Sequence record: CP019900.1
DNA from: a plasmid
Reading direction: 5' to 3' (one strand)
DNA length: 64,000 nt
Of this stretch, positions 49,961-63,039 are shown in pieces. The notes beneath the pieces are model-generated. The model had not been told where the DNA came from. It ran no database searches and saw nothing but the letters and a program-made list of their open reading frames with translations. The position numbers and the translations under genes were made by a program. Within the stretch, counting starts at the first letter, position 1. Every line of letters starts with the position of its first letter.

Positions 49961-51712
49961 ATGAAATTCTTAGAGAATATCCCGTCTTACCTGTTTTTCA
50001 CCGGTAAGGGAGGTGTAGGCAAAACTTCGATTTCCTGCGCAACGGCTATACGTCTGGCTGAACTGGGAAAGCGTGTTCTGCTTGTCAGTACCGACCCGGC
50101 TTCCAATGTCGGTCAGGTATTCGATCAGACTATCGGTAACACTATCCAGCCCGTGACTGCTGTGTCTGGTCTTTCGGCTCTGGAGATTGACCCGCAGGAC
50201 GCCGCCCAGCAATACCGCGCCAGAATCGTTGACCCTATTAAAGGTCTTTTGCCTGATGACGTTGTTAACAGCATCAGTGAACAGCTTTCAGGAGCTTGTA
50301 CGACAGAGATCGCTGCATTCGACGAGTTTACTGGCTTACTGACTGACGCTTCTCTGCTGACCCGCTTTGATCACATCATTTTTGATACTGCCCCAACTGG
50401 CCACACTATTCGCCTTCTTCAGCTTCCCGGAGCCTGGAGCAGCTTCATCGAAAGTAACCCGGATGGTGCTTCCTGTCTTGGTCCAATGGCTGGGCTGGAA
50501 AAACAACGCGAGCAATATGCTCATGCGGTTGAGGCATTATCCGATCCTGAACGAACTCGCCTTGTGCTGGTCGCGCGATTGCAAAAATCAACACTGCAGG
50601 AAGTCGCTCGTACTCATGACGAATTATCAGCTATTGGCCTTAAAAATCAGTATTTAGTCATTAACGGTGTCCTGCCTGCGAGCGAAGCAGAACGTGATGC
50701 ACTGGCCGCTGCAATATGGCAACGGGAGCAAGAGGCGCTGGCAAATCTTCCTGCCGGGTTATCTGATTTGCCGACAGACAACTTATACCTGCAGCCGCTG
50801 AACATGGTTGGTGTATCCGCATTGAAAGGCCTGCTCAACGAACACGCTGAGATAACATCGCTTCCTGAACAAAGCCCACAGAACAAGCCAGAGAATATGT
50901 CGTTGTCTGTCCTGGTTGATGATATCGCCCGCAGTGAACACGGTTTGATTATGCTGATGGGCAAAGGTGGTGTGGGCAAAACCACAATGGCTGCGGCTAT
51001 CGCCGTCAGTCTGGCGGATAAGGGTTTTGATGTGCATCTCACCACCTCAGATCCTGCTGCACATCTCAGTACAACGCTCAATGGCAGCCTCAAAAATCTG
51101 CAGGTCAGCCGAATCAACCCTCACGATGAAACTGAACGCTATCGTCAGCATGTTCTTGAGACGAAAGGCAGGGATCTGGATGAGGCTGGGAAACGGCTGC
51201 TCGAAGAGGATTTACGTTCTCCTTGCACAGAAGAGATTGCGGTGTTCCAGGCGTTTTCACGCGTAATTCGTGAAGCTGGCAAACGGTTTGTGGTCATGGA
51301 TACGGCACCTACCGGGCATACGCTATTACTGCTTGATGCTACCGGGGCTTATCACCGTGAGATTGCCAGGAAGATGGGGGATAAAGGTCATTTTACCACT
51401 CCGATGATGCAGCTTCAGGACCAGGAACGTACCAAAGTTTTGCTGGTCACTCTGCCTGAAACCACACCTGTACTGGAAGCGGCAAACCTGCAGTCCGATC
51501 TTGAACGTGCGGGGATTCATCCCTGGGGCTGGATTATCAATAACAGCCTTTCGATTGCACAGACGCAATCGCCGCTGCTTTGCCAGCGCGCCCTACAAGA
51601 GCGTCCTCAAATCGAGGTTGTGAAAAACCAGCATGCAAGCCGCATAGCGTTAGTACCGGTAATGGCTGCAGAGCCCACTGGCATCGAGAAACTCAGAGAG
51701 CTGGTTGTTTAA
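49961..51712 (+). CDS. arsA: Arsenite-translocating ATPase ArsA
   Basis: MKFLENIPSYLFFTGKGGVGKTSISCATAIRLAE.GKRVLLVSTDPASNVGQVF matches ArsA; two P-loops. Confidence 0.9.
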   Translation: MKFLENIPSYLFFTGKGGVGKTSISCATAIRLAELGKRVLLVSTDPASNVGQVFDQTIGNTIQPVTAVSGLSALEIDPQDAAQQYRARIVDPIKGLLPDDVVNSISEQLSGACTTEIAAFDEFTGLLTDASLLTRFDHIIFDTAPTGHTIRLLQLPGAWSSFIESNPDGASCLGPMAGLEKQREQYAHAVEALSDPERTRLVLVARLQKSTLQEVARTHDELSAIGLKNQYLVINGVLPASEAERDALAAAIWQREQEALANLPAGLSDLPTDNLYLQPLNMVGVSALKGLLNEHAEITSLPEQSPQNKPENMSLSVLVDDIARSEHGLIMLMGKGGVGKTTMAAAIAVSLADKGFDVHLTTSDPAAHLSTTLNGSLKNLQVSRINPHDETERYRQHVLETKGRDLDEAGKRLLEEDLRSPCTEEIAVFQAFSRVIREAGKRFVVMDTAPTGHTLLLLDATGAYHREIARKMGDKGHFTTPMMQLQDQERTKVLLVTLPETTPVLEAANLQSDLERAGIHPWGWIINNSLSIAQTQSPLLCQRALQERPQIEVVKNQHASRIALVPVMAAEPTGIEKLRELVV

Positions 51713-51760
51713 TTTTTTTTGTATATACAGGGCGGCAAAGCCGTCCTGTCTGGAGGATTT

Positions 51761-53050
51761 ATGTTACTGGCAGGCGCTATTTTTGTCCTGACCATCGTTT
51801 TGGTTATCTGGCAACCGAAGGGATTAGGGATCGGCTGGAGTGCGACGCTGGGCGCGGTACTGGCGCTGATCTCTGGCGTAGTCCATTTTGGTGATATCCC
51901 TGTAGTGTGGAATATTGTCTGGAATGCGACGGCGACCTTTATTGCCGTGATTATTATCAGCCTTCTGCTCGATGAATCGGGCTTTTTCGAATGGGCGGCG
52001 CTGCACGTTTCACGTTGGGGTAACGGTCGCGGGCGTTTGCTGTTTACCTATATCGTTTTGCTCGGCGCAGCGGTGGCGGCACTGTTTGCCAACGATGGTG
52101 CGGCATTGATTCTGACGCCAATTGTTATCGCCATGCTGCTTGCATTAGGTTTCAGCAAAGGCACTACGCTGGCATTTGTCATGGCCGCCGGGTTTATTGC
52201 CGATACGGCCAGTCTGCCGCTTATCGTGTCCAACCTGGTTAACATCGTTTCTGCAGACTTCTTTGGGCTGGGTTTCACTGAGTATGCGTCGGTAATGGTG
52301 CCGGTGGATATCGCAGCCATTATCGCCACGCTGGTGATGCTGCATCTGTTCTTCCGCAAAGATATTCCGCCAACTTACGACCTGGCTCTCCTGAAAGCAC
52401 CGGCAAAAGCGATTAAAGATCTGGCAACCTTCAGAACCGGCTGGATAGTGTTGATCCTTCTTCTGGTTGGCTTTTTCGTCCTTGAGCCGTTGGGTATCCC
52501 GGTCAGTGCGATTGCTGCTGTAGGGGCTGTCATTCTGTTTGCGGTGGCGAAGCGAGGTCATGCCATTAACACTGGCAAAGTGCTTCGCGGTGCGCCATGG
52601 CAGATCGTCATATTCTCTCTGGGAATGTATCTGGTGATCTATGGTCTGCGTAATGCCGGACTAACAGAATACCTCTCCGGTGTGTTGAACGTGCTGGCAG
52701 ATAAAGGACTTTGGGCCGCGACGTTTGGTACTGGCTTCCTGACGGCTTTCCTCTCTTCCATCATGAACAATATGCCTACCGTGCTGGTTGGTGCTCTCTC
52801 TATTGATGGCAGCACTGCAACAGGCGTTATCAAAGAGGCGATGATTTTTGCCAACGTGATTGGCTGCGATCTTGGACCGAAAATTACACCTATTGGTAGC
52901 CTGGCAACGTTGCTCTGGCTGCATGTCCTTTCACAGAAGAACATGACCATCACATGGGGATACTATTTCCGCACCGGGATCGTCATGACTCTGCCTGTGC
53001 TGTTTGTAACGCTGGCCGCGCTGGCGCTACGTCTCTCTTTCACTTTGTAA
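51761..53050 (+). CDS. arsB: Arsenite efflux permease ArsB
   Basis: [36 protein letters not shown]... matches R773 ArsB. Confidence 0.9.
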   Translation: MLLAGAIFVLTIVLVIWQPKGLGIGWSATLGAVLALISGVVHFGDIPVVWNIVWNATATFIAVIIISLLLDESGFFEWAALHVSRWGNGRGRLLFTYIVLLGAAVAALFANDGAALILTPIVIAMLLALGFSKGTTLAFVMAAGFIADTASLPLIVSNLVNIVSADFFGLGFTEYASVMVPVDIAAIIATLVMLHLFFRKDIPPTYDLALLKAPAKAIKDLATFRTGWIVLILLLVGFFVLEPLGIPVSAIAAVGAVILFAVAKRGHAINTGKVLRGAPWQIVIFSLGMYLVIYGLRNAGLTEYLSGVLNVLADKGLWAATFGTGFLTAFLSSIMNNMPTVLVGALSIDGSTATGVIKEAMIFANVIGCDLGPKITPIGSLATLLWLHVLSQKNMTITWGYYFRTGIVMTLPVLFVTLAALALRLSFTL

Positions 53051-53062
53051 TGAGATACTGAT

Positions 53063-53488
53063 ATGAGCAACATCACCATTTATCACAACCCAGCCTGCGG
53101 CACGTCGCGTAATACGCTGGAGATGATCCGCAACAGCGGTATCGAGCCGACCGTTATTCTTTACCTTGAGACTCCACCTTCACGCGATGAGCTGGTCAAA
53201 CTCATTGCAGATATGGGCATTTCCGTCCGTACTTTGCTGCGTAAGAACGTCGAGCCGTATGAGGAACTGGGTCTTGCAGAAGATAAATTTACTGACGACC
53301 AGCTCATCGACTTTATGCTACAGCATCCGATTCTGATCAACCGTCCGATCGTAGTGACGCCACTGGGAACTAAACTTTGCCGTCCTTCAGAGGTTGTTCT
53401 CGATATCCTTCCAGATGCCCAGAAAGCGGCTTTCACCAAGGAAGACGGTGAAAAAGTCGTTGATGATTCAGGTAAAAGACTGAAATAA
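53063..53488 (+). CDS. arsC: Arsenate reductase (glutaredoxin-coupled) ArsC
   Basis: MSNITIYHNPACGTSRNTLEMIRNSGIEP... Confidence 0.9.
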   Translation: MSNITIYHNPACGTSRNTLEMIRNSGIEPTVILYLETPPSRDELVKLIADMGISVRTLLRKNVEPYEELGLAEDKFTDDQLIDFMLQHPILINRPIVVTPLGTKLCRPSEVVLDILPDAQKAAFTKEDGEKVVDDSGKRLK

Positions 53489-53518
53489 AGACGAAGGGGG
53501 CATTTGCCCCCTTCATTA

Positions 53519-54667
<1,149 letters not shown>

Positions 54668-57600
54668 ATGCCCGTCGATTTTCTGACCACTGAGCAGGAA
54701 CTGAATTATGGTCGCTATGTTGCAGAACCCAATGACGTGCAGCTGGCGCGCTATTTTCATCTTGATGAGCGGGATCTTGCCTTCATTAACCAGCGGCGGG
54801 GAAGGCATAACCGGCTGGGAATTGCGCTTCAGCTCACCACCGCCCGTTTTCTGGGCACCTTTCTGACAGACTTAACCCGGGTTCTGCCAGGTGTTCAGCA
54901 ATTTGTCGCGGTGCAGCTTAATATTCGCCGTCCGGAAGTCCTTACCCGCTACGCAGAACGGGTTACCACCCTCAGAGAGCATACTGCGCTGATTAAGGAA
55001 TATTACGGTTACCATGAATTTGGCGATTTCCCCTGGTCTTTCCGCCTGAAGCGCCTGCTGTACACCCGCGCATGGCTCAGTAATGAGCGACCCGGCCTTA
55101 TGTTTGATTTTGCCACCGCGTGGCTGCTTCAGAATAAGGTCCTGCTGCCCGGAGCAACCACACTTGTACGTCTCGTCAGTGAAATACGCGAACGGGCAAA
55201 TCAGCGGCTGTGGAAGAAACTGGCCGCGTTGCCGGACAGCTGGCAGACCGCCCGCGTGACGGAGCTTCTGGACATTCCTGAGGGGCAGCGTACTTCACCG
55301 CTGGAGCAACTGAAAAAGGGACCGGTCACCGTCAGCGGCCCGGCATTTACCGAAGCGCTGGAGCGATATATCCGGCTGCGAAACCTGGAATTTTCCCGAC
55401 TGAATTTTACCGGTCTGCCTGCTATACAACTGCGTAATTTGGCCCGTTACGCAGGCATGGCGTCGGTAAAATATATCGCGCGAATGCCACAGCAGAGAAA
55501 ACTGGCCGTACTCACAGCATTCGTTAAAGCGCAGGAGACTGCGGCGCTGGATGAGGCCGTTGATGTGCTCGATATGCTGATACTGGATATCACTCGTGCG
55601 GCGAAGAAAACGGGGCAGAAAAAACGGCTCAGGACGCTTAAAGATCTTGATCGTGCTGCGCTAATATTGGCGCGGGCATGTTCATTGTTGCTGGATGAAC
55701 AGGCTGACGATGCTGAACTGAGGGAGACCATATTCAACAGCATACCGAAAAGCAGGCTGGCAGAATCCGTCAGCAAGGTAAATGAGCTGGCCCGGCCTCA
55801 GAACAACAATTTCCATGACGAAATGGTGGAGCAGTACGGGCGGGTAAAGCGCTTTCTTCCGGCGGTATTGCGCGACCTGCATTTCCAGGCAGCGCCAGCC
55901 GGAGAACATACGTTGTCCGCCATTCATTATCTGACCGAACTGAACGGCTCGAAAAAGCGCATCCTGGACAATGCGCCTGAACATATTATTACCGGCCCCT
56001 GGAAACGCCTGGTATACGATGCGGAGGGCCGGATACAGCGTGCCGGTTACTCGCTTTGTCTGCTGGAGCGCCTTCAGGATGCACTACGTCGAAGGGACAT
56101 CTGGCTCGAAAACAGCGATCGCTGGGGAAATCCCCGCGAGAAGCTGTTGCAGGGGGAAGAATGGCAGGCTCAGCGGGTCCCCGTTTGCCGGGCGCTGGGA
56201 CATCCCACTGATGGACATAAAGGCGTGCAACAGTTGGCGGTCCAGCTAGATGAAACCTGGAAAACCGTCGCATCCCGCTTTGAAGGAAATGCGGAGGTTC
56301 ATATTTGCCATGACGGTAAACATCCTTCCCTGACTATCAGCAGCCTGGAGAAACTGGAGGAGCCACCATCGTTGCATCGTCTCAACAGTCGGGTAAGGCT
56401 GCTACTCCCGCCAGTAGATTTGACGGAACTGTTGCTTGAAATAGATGCCAGAACGGGATTTACACGTGAGTTTACGCATGTCAGTGAATCCGGGGCCCGG
56501 GCACAGGATCTGCACATCAGCCTGTGCGCGGTCCTGATGGCAGAGGCCTGCAATATCGGGCTGGAACCGCTGATAAAGCACAATATACCGGCGCTGACGC
56601 GCCACCGGCTTAGCTGGGTAAAACAGAATTACCTCCGGGCAGAAACGCTGGTCAGCGCCAATGCCCGCCTGGTTGATTTTCAGTCCACACTGGAGCTTGC
56701 TGGCCGCTGGGGTGGTGGCGAAGTGGCTTCAGCTGATGGCATGCGCTTTGTCACGCCGGTGAAAACCGTCAATTCAGGACCTAACAGAAAATATTTTGGT
56801 TCCGGACGTGGCATCACCTGGTACAACTTCGTCTCTGATCAGTACTCTGGATTCCACGGCATCGTTGTCCCCGGCACATTACGAGATTCCATTTTTGTGC
56901 TGGAAGGCCTTCTGGAGCAGCAGACAGGGCTGAATCCGGTTGAGATCATGACAGACACAGCCGGTACCAGCGACATTATTTTTGGCCTCTTCTGGCTGCT
57001 GGGATACCAGTTTTCCCCCCGGCTTGCCGATGCCGGTGAAGCGGTATTCTGGCGAGTGGATAAATCGGCAAATTACGGTGCACTGGACGAACTGGCACGT
57101 GGTTGTGCCGATCTGTCGAAAGCCGAGGATCAGTGGGATGAGATGATGCGAACCGCCGGTTCGCTGAAACTGGGCACCATTCATGCTTCAGAACTCATTC
57201 GCTCTTTGCTGAAAAGCTCGCGCCCATCAGGGCTGGCACAGGCGATCATGGAAGTGGGGCGCGTCAACAAGACGCTGTACCTTCTTAATTATATTGATGA
57301 TGAGGATTATCGTCGGCGGATCCTGACGCAGCTAAACCGGGGGGAAGGCCGCCATGCTGTGGCGAGGGCGATCTGCTACGGGCAGCGCGGTGAGATCAGA
57401 AAGCGCTATCGTGAAGGTCAGGAAGATCAGCTGGGGGCACTGGGCCTGGTCACTAACGCAGTGGTACTGTGGAACACACTTTATATGCAGGAAGCCCTGA
57501 GCTGGATACGCAGTAATGGAGAAGAAATCGGGGTTGAAGATATCGCCCGGTTGTCCCCACTGATGCACGGGCATATCAATATGCTGGGGCATTATACGTT

Positions 57601-57676
57601 TACGCTACCGGAGGATATTTTGAAGGGGGAACTGAGAGAACTAAATTTCAATTTAAACAATGAATTAACTTCTTAG
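54668..57676 (+). CDS. tnpA: Tn3-family transposase TnpA (1002 aa), 3' end inside the right IR
   Basis: full-length Tn3-family TnpA ending in the TAAG of the IR. Confidence 0.9.
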   Translation: MPVDFLTTEQELNYGRYVAEPNDVQLARYFHLDERDLAFINQRRGRHNRLGIALQLTTARFLGTFLTDLTRVLPGVQQFVAVQLNIRRPEVLTRYAERVTTLREHTALIKEYYGYHEFGDFPWSFRLKRLLYTRAWLSNERPGLMFDFATAWLLQNKVLLPGATTLVRLVSEIRERANQRLWKKLAALPDSWQTARVTELLDIPEGQRTSPLEQLKKGPVTVSGPAFTEALERYIRLRNLEFSRLNFTGLPAIQLRNLARYAGMASVKYIARMPQQRKLAVLTAFVKAQETAALDEAVDVLDMLILDITRAAKKTGQKKRLRTLKDLDRAALILARACSLLLDEQADDAELRETIFNSIPKSRLAESVSKVNELARPQNNNFHDEMVEQYGRVKRFLPAVLRDLHFQAAPAGEHTLSAIHYLTELNGSKKRILDNAPEHIITGPWKRLVYDAEGRIQRAGYSLCLLERLQDALRRRDIWLENSDRWGNPREKLLQGEEWQAQRVPVCRALGHPTDGHKGVQQLAVQLDETWKTVASRFEGNAEVHICHDGKHPSLTISSLEKLEEPPSLHRLNSRVRLLLPPVDLTELLLEIDARTGFTREFTHVSESGARAQDLHISLCAVLMAEACNIGLEPLIKHNIPALTRHRLSWVKQNYLRAETLVSANARLVDFQSTLELAGRWGGGEVASADGMRFVTPVKTVNSGPNRKYFGSGRGITWYNFVSDQYSGFHGIVVPGTLRDSIFVLEGLLEQQTGLNPVEIMTDTAGTSDIIFGLFWLLGYQFSPRLADAGEAVFWRVDKSANYGALDELARGCADLSKAEDQWDEMMRTAGSLKLGTIHASELIRSLLKSSRPSGLAQAIMEVGRVNKTLYLLNYIDDEDYRRRILTQLNRGEGRHAVARAICYGQRGEIRKRYREGQEDQLGALGLVTNAVVLWNTLYMQEALSWIRSNGEEIGVEDIARLSPLMHGHINMLGHYTFTLPEDILKGELRELNFNLNNELTS

Positions 57677-57709
57677 CGTACGTTTTCGTTCCATTGGCCC
57701 TCAAACCCC

Positions 57710-60248
57710 ATTACCAGGAACCACAACACTCTCCAGAGTGATCACCGAAATCCGCGAACGAGCAGCAAACCGTCTTTGGCAAAGATTACTGGCATTGCCC
57801 AATGATGAACAGAAACGACAACTGGATGAATTACTGAGCTTTAGTGAAGGTCAGAGAGTATCCATGTTCGAGCAACTGAAAAAAGGTCCTGTGACAGTCA
57901 GTAGTCCTGCATTTAACGATGCACTTGATCGTTATAACAAATTGCACCAACTGGGTTTTCAGCAACTTGATTTTACAGGCCTTCCACCGGCTCAGCTAAA
58001 AAGTCTTGCTCGCTATGCCAATGTAACCTCGGTAAAAAAGATAGTTCGTATCCCCATGAAGAAACGTACAGCGATACTTATTGCCTTTGTTAAATCATTG
58101 GAGGTCATTGCGCTGGATGAAGCCATCGATGTTTTGGATATGCTAATCACTAATATTGCGGGAGAGGCTAAAAAAGCAGGGCAAAAGAAGCGGTTGAGGA
58201 CGTTGAAGGATTTGGACCGCTCTTCGTTGATACTGGCAAAAGCCTGTGCACTCCTGCTGGATGAGGTAACTGATGATTCCCACCTCCGAAAATCAATTTT
58301 TTCCTGCATTTCCAAAGAAAGACTGGCTGAGTCGGTAAAAATGGTCAATGAGTTGGCCCGACCGGCAGACAATAATTTCCAAGATGAAATGATTGAACAA
58401 TATGGGCGCGTTCGCCGTTTTCTACCCAGAGTTCTTCGGGAATTAACTTTTCTGGCCGCCCCGGCGGGAGAACATACTCTGGCAGCTTTTAACTATTTAT
58501 CGTCGCTAGGCGCTTCAAGAAAGCACATCCTTGACGATGCTCCAAAAAATATTATTACCGGCCCCTGGAAGCGTTTGGTTTTTGACGAAGAAGGCCGAGT
58601 AAGACGGCCTGGCTATTCACTATGTCTACTTGAGCGGTTTCAGGATGCATTAAGGCGGCGGGATATTTATCTTGAGAATAGCGATCGTTGGGGAGATCCA
58701 CGGTCAAAGCTATTACAAGGGACAGAATGGCAAGCTCAACGCGTCTCTGTCTGTCGAGCATTAGGCCACCCTGTCAATGCTCAGCAGGCAACAGAAAAGC
58801 TTGCTCAGCAGTTAGATTTTGCCTGGAAAGCGGTAGCTGATAGCTTTGATGATAATGCGTCAGTCCATATCGAATACGGGGGGAAACATCCTACGTTGAC
58901 TATCAGCAGCCTAGAGAAACTGGATGAATCACCAAGTCTGATAGCTCTCAACAGACAAGTCAGAGGTCTTTTACCTTTGGTGGATCTGACTGAGCTCTTA
59001 CTGGAAATCAATGCCCATACAGGATTTGCCGAAGAATTTACTCATGTCAGCGAGTCTAATGCGCGAGCGAAAGATCTGCATATCAGCATTTGTGCTGTAT
59101 TACTGGCAGAAGCCTGCAACATTGGCTTTGAACCATTAATTAAGCACAATATTCCATCATTAACCCGGCATCGTCTTAGTTGGGTGAAACAAAATTATTT
59201 TCGGTCAGAAACCCTTATCAAAGCGAATGCTCGCCTGGTTGATTACCAGGCTACGCTCAGTCTCGCTCAGCGATGGGGTGGTGGAGAGGTCGCATCTGCT
59301 GATGGTATGCGTTTTGTTACGCCAGTAAAAACGATTAACGCCGGACCCAATAGAAAATACTTTGGCTCTGATCGTGGAATTACCTGGTACAACTTTATCT
59401 CCGATCAGTTTTCTGGTTTTCACGGCATTGTTGTCCCAGGTACGTTGAGAGACTCAATCTTTGTTCTGGAGGGTTTACTTGAACAGCAAACGGGGTTAAA
59501 TCCACAGGAAATTATGACTGATACAGCAGGTGCCAGTGATTTGATATTCGGTCTGTTCTGGTTGTTGGGATACCAGTTTTCCCCACGTCTGGCGGATGCC
59601 GGAGATGCCGTTTTCTGGCGAGTGGATAAAAATGCGAATTACGGCCCTCTCGATGAATTGGCCCGTGGTTGCATCAATCTAGCACTGATTGAGGCTAACT
59701 GGGACGATATGATGCGGATTGCGGGTTCTCTTAAATTGGGAACTGTACAAGCATCAGAGCTAATCCGTAGTTTATTGAAGAGCACGCGCCCGTCTAGTTT
59801 GGCGCAGGCCATCATTGAAGCTGGGCGAATAAATAAAACGCTATACCTGCTGAATTATATTGATGATGAAGATTATCGTCGCCGAATACTAACGCAACTA
59901 AACCGGGGTGAAGGGAGACACAGTGTGGCTCGCGCCATTTGCCATGGTCAACGTGGTGAAATCAGAAAACGCTATCGCGAAGGGCAAGAGGATCAACTTG
60001 GATCATTGGGACTGGTAACAAATACTGTTGTTTTATGGAATACGCTGTATATGCAGGAAGCCCTTGGACATATTAATACAGATAGCCAGCCTACTGAAAT
60101 TAACGAAGAAGATATATCCAGATTATCACCGCTGATGCACGGTCATATCAATATGTTAGGGCATTACTCATTCACCTTGTCTGAAAACGTGATGAATGGT
60201 GAATTAAGGCCTTTAAATCAACATGTTAATGAATATGTAGACTCTTAG
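57710..60248 (+). pseudogene. tnpA: 5'-truncated Tn3-family tnpA (lacking about 160 N-terminal codons) beginning exactly at the outer end of the ars-transposon IR; own IR at 60244-60281
   Basis: in-frame ...LPGTTTLSRVITEIRERAAN... aligns with residues about 160 onward of the intact TnpA; 3' IR rc GGGGTTTGAGGTCCAATGGGGCGAAAACCTACGCTAAG. Confidence 0.75.
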
Positions 60249-60536
60249 CGTAGGTTTTCGCCCCATTGGACCTCAAACCCCTAACGTAGTGGTCTCCAAG
60301 AACATTCAGGACTGATCCCAGGCGTCGATGGTCAAGACCTGATCGGCAGGACAGGCGGCTACGCGGTCGGGAACTGGATGGTGTTCAGTCTCATGCCGAC
60401 CCCATTCGATTGATCGCGTCGCTTGCGGCACGCTGCGACGCAAGGAGGTTTGCGACCTGGTTTAGCAGCCGTGTCCGCTGCATGTCTGTTACCTATCTCC
60501 CCGACCGCTCATTGGACCAACTCCAGAGATTGGGCT

Positions 60537-60911
60537 CTATCGCTCAGCCAATACGAAACCGGCATTGGCTGATGCCACAACCGAGACTAACACAAATGGC
60601 TCGGTACCTGTATTTCGCGCCCCGTGCACTTGGCCCGGTCTTGCCACGGCTATCTCACCTTCCCTGAGGGCACGAACAATCCCATTGCCCTGAAAGTAAT
60701 CAGCCATTCCCGACAAAACAGTCCACGTGTCTTGGCCGTGAGGATGAATGTGAGCCGCAATTTCCTGCCCGGGATGGACATGCCAAACCACGATAATTGA
60801 GTCTCGGGTTTCAAGCACAACGGAACGAATAGGCTCGCCTTCGGACGGCTGAACATACTCGGCTACAGAAAATATTCTCGATTCAACAGTCATCGGAGAT
60901 CCCTCTTTCAC
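60537..60911 (-). CDS. Cupin-domain protein
   Basis: 124 aa, His-rich cupin motifs (HVHPGQE...HIHPHGQD). Confidence 0.55.
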   Translation of the reverse strand: MKEGSPMTVESRIFSVAEYVQPSEGEPIRSVVLETRDSIIVVWHVHPGQEIAAHIHPHGQDTWTVLSGMADYFQGNGIVRALREGEIAVARPGQVHGARNTGTEPFVLVSVVASANAGFVLAER

Positions 60912-61200
60912 AGTGCCCCCAGACAGGCTGGATATGAGTTCTAACTCGAATTTGAACGGGAGGCTGGTCGTGCGGTCGTGCAGTTGCCGATGAGCGTGTC
61001 GGCTGCTGCCTCCTTGCCCACCAGCGAACCAGACGGTCGCATGCGCATCCTTTCTTATCGAAACTCGTTGAGATGATATGCAATCAAGAATAGAATTTCA
61101 AGAACTATTTTCGAGAATCGCAATGCCTTGATTCCCGTGCCGCGCCGGTTGCCTTGGCGGGCTTGTCACAAACCTACGTTTTCAAGAAGAAGGAAACCGC

Positions 61201-61822
61201 ATGCCCCGCCGTTCGATCCTCTCCGCCGCCGAGCGCGAAAGCCTGCTGGCGTTGCCGGACACCAAGGATGAGTTGATCCGTCACTACACGTTCAGCGAAA
61301 GCGACCTCTCCATCATCCGGCAGCGGCGCGGCCCGGCCAATCGGCTGGGCTTCGCGGTGCAGCTCTGCTACCTGCGCTTTCCCGGCGTCATCCTTGGCGC
61401 TGATGAGCCACCGTTCCCGCCATTGCTGAGACTGGTCGCCAACCAGCTCAAGGTCGGCATCGAAAGCTGGGACGAGTACGGGCAGCGTGAGCAGACCCGA
61501 CGCGAGCACCTGGTCGAGCTGCAAACGGTGTTCGGCTTCCAGCCGTTCACGATTGGCCACTACCGGCAGGCTGTCCAGTTGCTGACCGAGCTGGCCATGC
61601 AAACCGACAAGGGCATCGTGCTGGCCAGAGCCTTGATCGAGCACCTGCGGCGGCAGTCGGTCATTGTGCCCGCCCTCAACGCCGTCGAGCGGGCGAGCGC
61701 CGAAGCGATTACCCGCGCCAACCGGCGTCTCTACGACGCCTTGGCTGAGCCGCTGACGGACGTGCATCGCCGTCGCCTCGACGATCTGCTCAAGCGCCGC
61801 GACAACGGCAAGACGACGTGGC
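61201..61822 (+). pseudogene. tnpA: N-terminal about 207 codons of a Tn21-subgroup transposase truncated by IS26
   Basis: MPRRSILSAAERESLLALPDTKDELIRHYTFSESDLSIIRQRRGPANRLGFAVQLCYLRFPGVILG matches recalled Tn21 TnpA; ORF continues into the IS26 IR. Confidence 0.8.
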
Positions 61823-62642
61823 GGCACTGTTGCAAAGTTAGCGATGAGGCAGCCTTTTGTCTTATTCAAAGGCCTTACATTTCAAAAACTCTGCTTACCA
61901 GGCGCATTTCGCCCAGGGGATCACCATAATAAAATGCTGAGGCCTGGCCTTTGCGTAGTGCACGCATCACCTCAATACCTTTGATGGTGGCGTAAGCCGT
62001 CTTCATGGATTTAAATCCCAGCGTGGCGTCGATTATCCGTTTCAGTTTGCCATGATCGCATTCAATCACGTTGTTCCGGTACTTAATCTGTCGGTGTTCA
62101 ACGTCAGACGGGCACCGGCCTTCGCGTTTGAGCAGAGCAAGCGCGCGACCATAGGCGGGCGCTTTATCCGTGTTGATGAATCGCGGGATCTGCCACTTCT
62201 TCACGTTGTTGAGGATTTTACCCAGAAACCGGTATGCAGCTTTGCTGTTACGACGGGAGGAGAGATAAAAATCGACAGTGCGGCCCCGGCTGTCGACGGC
62301 CCGGTACAGATACGCCCAGCGGCCATTGACCTTCACGTAGGTTTCATCCATGTGCCACGGGCAAAGATCGGAAGGGTTACGCCAGTACCAGCGCAGCCGT
62401 TTTTCCATTTCAGGCGCATAACGCTGAACCCAGCGGTAAATCGTGGAGTGATCGACATTCACTCCGCGTTCAGCCAGCATCTCCTGCAGCTCACGGTAAC
62501 TGATGCCGTATTTGCAGTACCAGCGTACGGCCCACAGAATGATGTCACGCTGAAAATGCCGGCCTTTGAATGGGTTCATGTGCAGCTCCATCAGCAAAAG
62601 GGGATGATAAGTTTATCACCACCGACTATTTGCAACAGTGCC
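61823..62642 (-). mobile_element. IS26 (820 bp), no TSD
   Basis: ends GGCACTGTTGCAAA (61823) and TTTGCAACAGTGCC (ending 62642); flanks GACGTGGC / CTATTTAT. Confidence 0.9.
61875..62579 (-). CDS. tnpA: IS26 transposase Tnp26
   Basis: MNPFKGRHFQRDIILWAVRWYCKYGISYRELQEMLAERGVNVDHSTIYRWVQRYAPE... recognised. Confidence 0.9.
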   Translation of the reverse strand: MNPFKGRHFQRDIILWAVRWYCKYGISYRELQEMLAERGVNVDHSTIYRWVQRYAPEMEKRLRWYWRNPSDLCPWHMDETYVKVNGRWAYLYRAVDSRGRTVDFYLSSRRNSKAAYRFLGKILNNVKKWQIPRFINTDKAPAYGRALALLKREGRCPSDVEHRQIKYRNNVIECDHGKLKRIIDATLGFKSMKTAYATIKGIEVMRALRKGQASAFYYGDPLGEMRLVSRVFEM

Positions 62643-63039
62643 CTATTTATCGCTACACCACAAAATCATGAATGACCGCAGCATGGCGGTTTTATTTTCT
62701 TATGCCGTCAGGGCATGGAAGGCGACCACGCCGGAGTTAAACGGGCACCGGCCGCAAATCGCCGGAAACCGCAATGCTGAACGTATCGCCCGACCCAGCC
62801 CCCTCCCTGCAAAGCCCTAATCCCGCTCACCGCCACACAGCTGCCGTACGTCCCCCACGGGGGTGCGCAGTGGGCGCCGCGCGCCTGCGCGCGGGAACGG
62901 CGGCCCGCCTTCGGGTCGCGGCGCCGTACTGCGCGTTAGCGGCCGCACGCGGCCGGTTACGGGGGACACTACGCCATACGACAAGCGACCCGCTGAGCTG
63001 CACAATCCACGGATAACACAAGCTACATACATGTCGATA

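Noticed and set aside
62052-62675. 207-aa ORF on the + strand inside IS26
   Set aside because: Antisense to the well-characterised IS26 transposase gene.
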